Shown here: positions 50,500 through 57,613 of the stretch, one piece after another
How positions within the stretch are numbered: the first letter of the stretch is position 1
Layout of the letters: each line of letters opens with the position of its first letter
Assembly: GCA_023431185.1 (NCBI GenBank)
Contig: JAEYXS010000055.1
Coordinates: 3,973 to 67,972 of the forward strand
Direction of reading: 5' to 3'
From: Verrucomicrobiota bacterium
GTDB lineage: Bacteria; Verrucomicrobiota; Verrucomicrobiia; Limisphaerales; JAEYXS01
DNA length: 64,000 nt
The notes under the pieces: generated by a model
Told to the model about the DNA's origin: nothing
Seen by the model: the letters and a program-made list of their open reading frames with translations, nothing else
Database searches by the model: none
Position numbers and translations under genes: made by a program

Positions 50500-51711
50500 A
50501 TGAAAACGAATGTAACCCGCTGCTGTCCAGAATCTTCCAATCCAGAGAAGAGTATCGAGAAAACGGTCAAGAATCGCTTCTTCAAGGTCATTGATGGACG
50601 TAAACAACCTGTCCGGGGTCTCTGGGTCAGGAACGGACGTTACTACGCGAGGTTAGCTGTTGAAGACGAGAGGACTGGCAAAAAGTCAGTTAAACGTATC
50701 CTGATTGAAGACGCGACAACCGTGCCACAAGCAGTCGAGGCACTGAAGGTGCTCCAAGTAAAGCGTAAGGCCAAGGATCTGCCCGTCACCAAGCGTACCC
50801 CAAAGTTCAACGAATACGTGGACAGTTACCTGAATTTTTACAAAACGGTCAAAGACGCAAAACGTGAGTCCACTATGGAGACCGAAAGCGGCTTGCTCAA
50901 GCAGTGGGTGAAACATTTAGGCGAGACTCGCCTGAGTCAAATCAACAAGCGCATGATTCTCGCCTTCATCGAGGAAAGGCAAGGGGCTGGGTGGAGCGGG
51001 CGAACCGTAAATCTTAGCATGACTGTGCTAAGGAACGTCTTGAAGAAAGCAATTGATGAGGAATGGCTCAAGCGCTTGCCCACGGAGAACATGCGCCCCT
51101 TGAAATGGACCCCTCGTAAGCGCAGCTTACTATCAGCAAATGAGATGGAGCGCCTGTGTGAAAAAGCCCTCACCACTTCAAAGAACGGACAGCAGTTGGC
51201 AGACTACCTCAGGCTCATGTCTTACTGTGGTTCAAGGATGACGGAGACCTTGCATCTCAAATGGTCTGATGTGGCATGGGAAACCCGTCAAATCACCATT
51301 GGATCAGATGGACTCACCAAGAACAACAAGGCAAGGCGCGTCGATTTTAACGCCAAACTGGAAGCACACCTCAAGGACATGTTCTCACGGAAAGCCCCCG
51401 ACTCTGATTGGCTTTTCCCCTCCCCTTTACGCGGCGACCAAGACAGGGCTGCGAAGTCTTTCAGGGAAAGTCTGCTGCTCGCCAGGAAAGCCGCTAAACT
51501 GCCCCATGTTGGTTTCCATGACTGTCGCCATTTGTTCATCAGTTACTGCGTCATGTCAGGCATCGATTTTATGACGATTGCTCGCTGGGTCGGCCATCAA
51601 GACGGAGGGGTTCTGATTGGAAAGGTTTACGGACATCTCAGCAACGAACATACCCAGCTTCAAGCACAGCGGGTTGTTTTTGGGCCATCAAGCATCTTAG
51701 CAGCGGCCTAG
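50500..51711 (+). CDS. int: Tyrosine-type site-specific integrase
   Basis: Catalytic-region motifs are GSRMTETLHLKWSDV, GFHDCRHLFIS and GKVYGHLSNEH. An N-terminal SAM-like domain is present. It is a paralog of the 57614-58825 gene. Confidence 0.9.
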   Translation: MKTNVTRCCPESSNPEKSIEKTVKNRFFKVIDGRKQPVRGLWVRNGRYYARLAVEDERTGKKSVKRILIEDATTVPQAVEALKVLQVKRKAKDLPVTKRTPKFNEYVDSYLNFYKTVKDAKRESTMETESGLLKQWVKHLGETRLSQINKRMILAFIEERQGAGWSGRTVNLSMTVLRNVLKKAIDEEWLKRLPTENMRPLKWTPRKRSLLSANEMERLCEKALTTSKNGQQLADYLRLMSYCGSRMTETLHLKWSDVAWETRQITIGSDGLTKNNKARRVDFNAKLEAHLKDMFSRKAPDSDWLFPSPLRGDQDRAAKSFRESLLLARKAAKLPHVGFHDCRHLFISYCVMSGIDFMTIARWVGHQDGGVLIGKVYGHLSNEHTQLQAQRVVFGPSSILAAA

Positions 51712-51718
51712 CTTAGCC

Positions 51719-52225
51719 TTACGCAATAAGTGCCATCAGAAAACGCCTTACCAATGGCCGTTTTGTTTTTGGGGTAGTAAATCTCTCGTCTAGCTTGGCA
51801 GCCAGAGATTCAAGGAACTCTTGCTCACCAGCGTAGTGTTTGAGCCATTTCAGCACTTTCTTTCCATTTTCGTCATGCGCTTCTGGCACTACTTCGTAAG
51901 CCATCCCTGAAATCGGCCCCCTCTTGAAAATTGGCTTTCCGTAAAAGAACAAAAAAGCGTAGACCTCCTTTAGCACCAAATCTTCAATCATTCGATGACG
52001 TTTTCTAGTGCCGGCGCCTCTCACAGGCATGGGAAAACGATCTAAAATATTGTCAACTTCATGTTTCTTGCTGCGATGCTGCTTACAAAGTACGCAACGG
52101 TATCGCAGCATAGTTTTGGTGTTGCTATGCCTTGGGCCTTTCGACTCCATTCTTCCTCCACAGACCTCGCAGCGCACACCCCCTCCCTTATTGCAAACTG
52201 AGCGTAGACTCAATTTTAAAATCAT
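51719..52225 (-). CDS. Hypothetical protein with an N-terminal Zn-ribbon (CxxC...CxxC)
   Basis: The Zn-ribbon region is CEVCGGRMESKGPRHSNTKTMLRYRCVLCKQH. The remainder was not recognised. Confidence 0.5.
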   Translation of the reverse strand: MILKLSLRSVCNKGGGVRCEVCGGRMESKGPRHSNTKTMLRYRCVLCKQHRSKKHEVDNILDRFPMPVRGAGTRKRHRMIEDLVLKEVYAFLFFYGKPIFKRGPISGMAYEVVPEAHDENGKKVLKWLKHYAGEQEFLESLAAKLDERFTTPKTKRPLVRRFLMALIA

Positions 52226-52375
52226 TTTAAAGGGGAATTACCTCAAAAAGGCCCGACTTGCCGAACTTAGCCATAAAAACTGAAATTTTTCACGGTTCCT
52301 TTATGTGTGCGGGTAAACCACCTGCAACTGCACTTCTCTACTGAGAGATGCAGGCTCTAAACCAGAAGCATTGCT

Positions 52376-52603
52376 ATGAACAGGTTTTGCAGTCTCGCCA
52401 AGTTCCAGAAGGAAATTGGAGTCAGTTACCAGACCTTGTGGCGTTGGCGCCAACGGGGATGGCTGAAAACAATCACCATTGCTGGCAACCCATACGTCAC
52501 GAACGAAGCCATTCAGGAGTTTCTTAGGCGTGCCGAAGCTGGGGACTTCAAAATCCCCACCACTTACGCTGCCAAGACCCAACTCAAGCAAGAGGAACCC
52601 TAA
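52376..52603 (+). CDS. Excisionase-like helix-turn-helix protein (HTH_17/AlpA-like)
   Basis: Contains IGVSYQTLWRWRQRGWLKTITIAGNPYV. It is a paralog of 60780-61013 (LGISRTTLWRWRKYGWIVTVQIAGRHYI). Confidence 0.7.
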   Translation: MNRFCSLAKFQKEIGVSYQTLWRWRQRGWLKTITIAGNPYVTNEAIQEFLRRAEAGDFKIPTTYAAKTQLKQEEP

Positions 52604-52613
52604 AACTAACAAC

Positions 52614-53171
52614 ATGAACGCAAAGATCAAAAGTCCGTTGAAATGGCCGACTGAAAAAATCAGGACGCCAGTTGATAAAATCCGTATGGCTCGGTTCCAC
52701 AATTGGAGCTCAGAGGAAGCTCAATCCAAGCTTGAGGCTGAGCTTCGCAAAGCAAAAGCCACTGACGTAACCATCACATACAATGCCAGCTCTCGCTCCA
52801 AGGACGAAGGGGTTGCAGTTTTCTTCAACCACAAAGGACGCCCCGTAGTGCTTGCCTGTGACAAATGGAAAACCATCGCAGAAAACTTATGGGCGATTGC
52901 TTGCCACATCCACGCGCTTCGTGGTCAAGAACGGTGGGGTGTTGGCACCATGGAAAGCGCTCTCGCAGGTCATCTGCTTTTGCCCCAATCCTCAGAAGGA
53001 AAGTCTTGTTGGGAGATTCTTGGAGTGGAGCAAGGGGCTGAAGTTGATCAGATCCGCTCAGCTTATCGCAATAAGGCAAAGGAATGCCACCCTGACAGGG
53101 GTGGTTCTGACGAGTCTATGATGCTGCTCAATCAGGCTCTTGAACAGGCCATCGAGAATTCAAAAGGCTAG
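52614..53171 (+). CDS. J-domain protein (C-terminal DnaJ-like domain with HPD)
   Basis: The J domain is CWEILGVEQGAEVDQIRSAYRNKAKECHPDRGGSDESMMLLNQALEQA. The N-terminal domain resembles prophage-borne J-domain proteins. Confidence 0.7.
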   Translation: MNAKIKSPLKWPTEKIRTPVDKIRMARFHNWSSEEAQSKLEAELRKAKATDVTITYNASSRSKDEGVAVFFNHKGRPVVLACDKWKTIAENLWAIACHIHALRGQERWGVGTMESALAGHLLLPQSSEGKSCWEILGVEQGAEVDQIRSAYRNKAKECHPDRGGSDESMMLLNQALEQAIENSKG

Positions 53172-53174
53172 CAA

Positions 53175-54278
53175 GTGCAGCAGGGGGAGGGCCTGTACGA
53201 ACAACGCTTCCCCCTGCTTTTCTCAACTCCTCAACCTAATAGTATCTCTACTAATATCTTCATGCCTCTTCCAGATCACCTGAACTGGTCCAATCTCGCT
53301 GAGCTTACAAGCAACCAGTTTTGCCTGTCAGACGAGCAAAGGTTCTTTTTGTTGAACACAACGAATCGCATCCGCCTGTTCCCGCATAGGTTTAATCGCA
53401 ACCAAGGCTACCCTGAGACAGCAGGACTTATCCTGATGTCTGACTGGAATCACAGGCAGAGGTTTTGCCTCTGCTCAAATCGCAAATCCATCTGCAAGCT
53501 GTGGAAGTTTTGCCATTACTGCCGCCACCTCTACCGCATGAGGCTCATGCATACCTTTCTGCCTCACTTCAGCGCTGGCAACTGGTACTTTCTTACCATC
53601 AGCTTTGATGGCCAACTGAGCTTTGAATCGCCATTATTGGACGATCCGACAAATTACTGGGCCGCTTGTGGTCATGCGATCCATGAAATGGTTGAAAGCC
53701 GCCAAGTTATAGGGGCAATCAAGGTCGAGGAACTGAGCATCTGCTCTTTCAACCCCTTAACTGTCTTGCCTCATTGCCATATTCTCCTGTTCACCGAGCA
53801 AATCAGTCCATCTTTCATCGATGAGACCAATGCTTTGGTTGAGTCATATCGCCCTGTTGAGTTCAATCCAGACCTTGAGACTTGGGAGGTATTTCAAGAC
53901 GGGCGAATCCATCATCCTGTCACGACGCGATTGGCCCGCCTTGAGGCTCAGGAGAATCTAGCCAAAACCATCTCATATCTGATTAAGCCCATCGACGTTG
54001 TAACGCCCTACAGGGCCAGCTTGGAAGCCTGCGAGGGTGCCCCTGAAACAGTCAGGCAACTGAACCAAAACGTCTGCGAATTCTTTCTCAGTTACAGCGA
54101 GACCACGCACAGTCGTCGCCAACTCCAATACTTTGGCACCTTAGACGCCCGCCGCCGCTCAAGGTTTGTTGGGGTGAGTCCAGCATGTCGCGAGGCACCA
54201 GCCAACAGGTCGCTTGTGAGGGAGTTGCTCAGGAGTTATCCGACGAATGTTTTGTTGGAAGATGAGGCAAATGAGTAG
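53175..54278 (+). CDS. rep: Rolling-circle replication initiator, pC194/pUB110-like (Rep_1-type HUH)
   Basis: A Zn-finger-like CKLWKFCHYCRH (compare FCKSRLCPMCNWRR). Motif 1 is YFLTISF, motif 2 is LPHCHILLF (HUH) and motif 3 is AKTISYLIKP (Tyr). The start (GTG 53175 or ATG 53262) is uncertain. Confidence 0.6.
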   Translation: MQQGEGLYEQRFPLLFSTPQPNSISTNIFMPLPDHLNWSNLAELTSNQFCLSDEQRFFLLNTTNRIRLFPHRFNRNQGYPETAGLILMSDWNHRQRFCLCSNRKSICKLWKFCHYCRHLYRMRLMHTFLPHFSAGNWYFLTISFDGQLSFESPLLDDPTNYWAACGHAIHEMVESRQVIGAIKVEELSICSFNPLTVLPHCHILLFTEQISPSFIDETNALVESYRPVEFNPDLETWEVFQDGRIHHPVTTRLARLEAQENLAKTISYLIKPIDVVTPYRASLEACEGAPETVRQLNQNVCEFFLSYSETTHSRRQLQYFGTLDARRRSRFVGVSPACREAPANRSLVRELLRSYPTNVLLEDEANE

Positions 54279-54603
54279 CTTGAGAGCCGCCCGCTACTTG
54301 TCACTCAATCCATGCTTCCAATGACAGGAAAAAATCATGGCGAAAAGCAGGTGCTTCTTGCTACGTTCTAACCTGCAAAGCTTATGTAAACAAAAACGTC
54401 GAACAATTTAGCGTAGCAAAGGCTACGGTCTCGCTAAGAAACCGCGAATTTCATTTGTCCAGAGACCAGCCCAGGTACGCGCCTAATCGGGCGCGGCTTG
54501 GTATCTTCCTCTGGACAGGCGCTTCGCGGTGCCTTTAGCGGGGATGCGCCAGGTTCGCGCTCCTGCTTTTTGACCGCATTGCACGCTAAGAAAGGCTGTA
54601 ATC

Positions 54604-56463
54604 TTGAATATCAAAAGAATCATCGTCGCTACAGTCGCAGGCGTTGTCAGTCTGCCAGCGATGGCAGCTTCAGTAAGCGGTTACGGACAATCAGTGTTCT
54701 TATCGCCTGTTTCAGCCAATAGCTATGGTATTCCAGTCGTGATGAATTTCACCACTTCTGATGGACGCACAGATGTCTCTCCTCTTCGCCAGACAATTTC
54801 TGGCGGTTACCTTTACAGTGGTGAACTTAGGCCGAAAATAGGCGGAGGTGGAATCTACGAAACAGACTTCATAACAGTTAAAGTGAGCGATGGATCTACT
54901 GCTGAATATGGCAGCCTAGAGATCAGCCTTCCAGTCACTGACTCAGATGCCAATGGACTACCAGATTTCGCGCAGCAAGACATGTCATGCAACATATCCA
55001 CAACAGGTGTAGCAAAAACCGATTTCAGTTCAGTCCCCCCCGCACAATCGCGAAACGTGCTAATCACGATGAATCGAAATAGCGGTTCCAAATCTGGCAC
55101 TTACACGGTTAAAGACCAAGCGACCGGTGGCAGCACCATTAATTTCTCAGGAAGTTGGGAGATCAACACCTTCTCAGGAAGCATGGCTTACGACCGAGGA
55201 AGCCAAAACCTCGCCTCTTTTGCTATCCAAAGATTTAACTCCAGAAGTGGTACGGTCAGGACTTTTACGGGGGCAACGGTGTTCACGGTGGACAGTGAAA
55301 ACCAACTGACTTTCCCTCAGTTCCATGTCACAGATACCAGTGACGGTTCTGTTTACACAATCGGCGGGACCATCCTGACTCGCTCCGGCAACAAGTATTC
55401 CGGTTCAATTGCTTTCACAGATGGCGATCTTAGCACGACGTGGAACGACTACACCAGTTGGCAAGTTGAGATTGCCGACGCCAGCGACATTGATGGTGAT
55501 GGGGTGCCTGATTTGTCAGACACAGCCTACGCAAATGCCCCATCTTCAAACAAAGTGCTCTCACTCGATGGTAGCAATAGCTATGTGAAGGTGGCTAATT
55601 CCACCTCATTGCATTCGGCAACAGAGTTGACCTTGGAAGCTTGGGTTTATCCCGAGAGCGCTCCCGCCAATCAAAGCCAGTATTTCATCAGCAAGGGAGA
55701 TGGAGGATCGGTCACCTCTGATCGCAGCTACCATATCAACTGGAAACCTGTCACCACAGCCTCACCGGGCTTTAACGTCGAAATGTTCTTCAATCAAAAC
55801 AACTATGCCTATGTCATTGTACCAGCAGCAGAGAGAAAATGGGTCCACATTGCGCTGACGTTCAACAGTTCAGACGGAGTGATGAAGTTTTACACAAACG
55901 GAGTTCTGGCAGCCCAACAAACGAAAGATTCTTCCAACGGGCCTCTTCTAGGGCAAACCATTCGCCAGAGCAGCAAGGATTTGGTTTTTGGCAACCTCTT
56001 GGCTCCGCCAGCATCAGGCAAGTATGCCAAAGGGTATCTAGATGAAGTGCGAATTTGGGGGGTGTCCAAAGACAAAGATGGAATCCTGCTCACGATGCAA
56101 AGCAGACTTTCCGGCAATGAACCAAATCTTTTAGCTTACTGGAACTTTGATGCGGGAATCCTCACCGACGTTTCTGGAAATGGCCACGAAGGATTGTCAT
56201 ACGGAAATGCCGTAATCAATCTGATTTCCGGTAACAACGAGGTCCACGCTGCGCGTATCAAATCCGTCATTCGCAATGCAAACGGCACGGCACTACTGTC
56301 AATCAACCTAGCGACCAATCTGCCACATACAGTCTTGGCATCCCCTAACCTTCAAGACTGGACAATGGTAACGAACATCGTAGCCACTAGCTCGCCTTTT
56401 GAAGTCACAGACCCATACTCAACCAACAGTCCGGTTAGATTCTACCAACTGACATCGCCCTGA
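54604..56463 (+). CDS. Secreted LamG (concanavalin A-like) domain protein with Asp-rich Ca-binding-like motifs and C-terminal FYR-type module
   Basis: A TTG start gives the signal MNIKRIIVATVAGVVSLPAMAAS. Other motifs are DSDANGLPDFAQ, DIDGDGVPDLSD and LamG_3-like LTLEAWVYPES...WVHIALTFNSSDGVMKFYTNG. The protein ends VRFYQLTSP. Confidence 0.7.
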   Translation: MNIKRIIVATVAGVVSLPAMAASVSGYGQSVFLSPVSANSYGIPVVMNFTTSDGRTDVSPLRQTISGGYLYSGELRPKIGGGGIYETDFITVKVSDGSTAEYGSLEISLPVTDSDANGLPDFAQQDMSCNISTTGVAKTDFSSVPPAQSRNVLITMNRNSGSKSGTYTVKDQATGGSTINFSGSWEINTFSGSMAYDRGSQNLASFAIQRFNSRSGTVRTFTGATVFTVDSENQLTFPQFHVTDTSDGSVYTIGGTILTRSGNKYSGSIAFTDGDLSTTWNDYTSWQVEIADASDIDGDGVPDLSDTAYANAPSSNKVLSLDGSNSYVKVANSTSLHSATELTLEAWVYPESAPANQSQYFISKGDGGSVTSDRSYHINWKPVTTASPGFNVEMFFNQNNYAYVIVPAAERKWVHIALTFNSSDGVMKFYTNGVLAAQQTKDSSNGPLLGQTIRQSSKDLVFGNLLAPPASGKYAKGYLDEVRIWGVSKDKDGILLTMQSRLSGNEPNLLAYWNFDAGILTDVSGNGHEGLSYGNAVINLISGNNEVHAARIKSVIRNANGTALLSINLATNLPHTVLASPNLQDWTMVTNIVATSSPFEVTDPYSTNSPVRFYQLTSP

Positions 56464-56598
56464 AAGACGTGATTTTGCATACAAGTGAGAGTCTCATCCG
56501 CAAAACCGACCCGCGAAACACAAGCAGTTTCAAGTAAGGCATTTGTGCAGCAAAACCCATTTGACGGTTCTGAGTGGCAGGTATTACAGCCGTTGCGC

Positions 56599-57015
56599 TC
56601 AATTCAGTGCACGAGACATATTCCAACTTGATGGGCATGGGTAGATGAGACGCCGAGGCATGATTCCAATCCTCCCAACAGGCCAGATAAAGGCTGCGCG
56701 AAAACAGCATCCATAACGAGCCGCGGAAACCTCATCCGCTTTTACTGGCACACCGTATTCCTTGGTGATTTGCATGATTTTCTCAGCCACTAGTTTGGAT
56801 AGTCCATCATTTGCGATACTTGGCAATTCAGCCATCTGAGATTCGCTCATTTGTGGTGAAAACGCGATGCCACCTTTAAGCCTCACCTCCCAAAGATGAT
56901 GATACTTGCACTTCTTAACACTTATCACCCGCAATCCATTCCGCTGGAACCCCAAGCTGAGCCAATTGTGGAAAAAGTAACGACTGGGAAGAAAATACAG
57001 CAAACGTTCAGGCAT
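56599..57015 (-). CDS. Hypothetical protein
   Basis: A 138-aa ORF inside E1. The family was not recognised. Confidence 0.4.
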   Translation of the reverse strand: MPERLLYFLPSRYFFHNWLSLGFQRNGLRVISVKKCKYHHLWEVRLKGGIAFSPQMSESQMAELPSIANDGLSKLVAEKIMQITKEYGVPVKADEVSAARYGCCFRAAFIWPVGRIGIMPRRLIYPCPSSWNMSRALN

Positions 57016-57156
57016 GGATTAGCCTACAGTTCCAGTTAAGCCATGCACAGCGACGATGGAACATGAACTCCAAGCCTTAACGAAAAAACTCAACTCTTAG
57101 GTCAACAAGACGTTTGCTTGACTGAGGGCACGTCAGCCTTGAATCTGGCAAAGGTT

Positions 57157-57240
57157 GGGCATGTGGCGGAATGGCAGACGCGCTGGACTTAGGATCCAGT
57201 GGAGAAATCCGTGCAGGTTCAAGTCCTGTCGTGCCCACCA
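57157..57240 (+). tRNA. tRNA-Leu (anticodon UAG), intact, CCA-encoded, carried inside E1
   Basis: An 84-nt cloverleaf. The acceptor is GGGCATG/CGTGCCC (one G-U pair), the D stem is GCG/CGC, the anticodon arm is CTGGA-CTTAGGA-TCCAG, there is a long variable arm, the T arm is GCAGG-TTCAAGT-CCTGT, and it ends ACCA. Confidence 0.85.
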
Positions 57241-57349
57241 TCTCACTTTCTTTCCACCAATGAGCACGGGCAGCAGTTTGCTGCCTAAACCAGCCAGAAC
57301 GCGTTTCTGATGCTAAGAATGCCATCCTGAGCGAGCTTCCTTGGCTATG

Positions 57350-57370
57350 TGTGCCACTTTTTGTGCCAGT
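57350..57370 (+). promoter_or_regulatory. Double heptamer TGTGCCAC-TTTTT-GTGCCAGT (right-arm copy)
   Basis: It is identical to 50471-50491 and lies 123 nt inside the right att core. Confidence 0.55.
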
Positions 57371-57493
57371 TATGACATCAAGGTGATTCCTCCGTTCCTA
57401 GGCTTACCAGACAACACTTCACACAATGTTTACAGGCCAATGCTCGAAAGCTTATGGAAGCATTTGGAAGGGTTTGAAAATGGCAAAAACGAA

Positions 57494-57506
57494 ATCCTAA
57501 GTCTGG
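57494..57506. repeat. 13-bp direct repeat ATCCTAAGTCTGG (right att core)
   Basis: It is identical to 50380-50392. Confidence 0.85.
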
Positions 57507-57532
57507 CGTGTCTGCCATTTCACCACTCGCGC
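57494..57532 (-). pseudogene. 5' part of the split tRNA-Leu(UAG) gene (tRNA positions 1-39)
   Basis: The minus-strand sequence is GCGCGAG-TG-GTG-AAATGGCAGA-CAC-G-CCAGA-CTTAGGA-T. The acceptor strand is perfectly complementary to CTCGCGC at 50339-50345. Confidence 0.85.
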
Positions 57533-57583
57533 AACCTTGATAATCAAGCACTTAGGAGTGTCTGACTGTGATTTTCTTGCAGT

Positions 57584-57604
57584 TGTGACACTGATTGTGA
57601 CACT
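57584..57604 (+). promoter_or_regulatory. Double heptamer TGTGACAC-TGATT-GTGACACT upstream of the second integrase
   Basis: The architecture matches the 50471-50491 site: 77 nt from the core and 9 nt before the int ATG. Confidence 0.5.
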
Positions 57605-57613
57605 TTTGCGTTC

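Larger units (their letters stand above)
50380..57506 (+). mobile_element. ~7.1-kb integrative element (E1) inserted in tRNA-Leu(UAG): int, Zn-ribbon protein, Xis-like HTH, J-domain protein, RCR Rep, LamG cargo, tRNA-Leu
   Basis: The element is bounded by the 13-bp direct repeats that separate the two tRNA halves. The integrase is adjacent to the left repeat, and composition is AT-richer than the chromosome. Confidence 0.8.

Noticed and set aside
52301-52702. The 133-aa minus-strand ORF overlapping the E1 HTH gene.
   Set aside because: The plus-strand ORF encodes a clear excisionase-type HTH that is conserved with its paralog in E2. The antisense ORF has no features and spans two plus-strand genes.
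57534-57550. The palindrome AACCTTGATAATCAAGC containing CTTGATA (the pC194/phiX174-type nick-site core), and CAACTTGAT at about 56627-56635, as the double-strand origin for the E1 Rep.
   Set aside because: A 7-mer is expected several times by chance in 64 kb. The palindrome lies outside E1 as delimited by the direct repeats, and it coincides with where the -10 region of the tRNA promoter should be. This was noted only as something to test experimentally.
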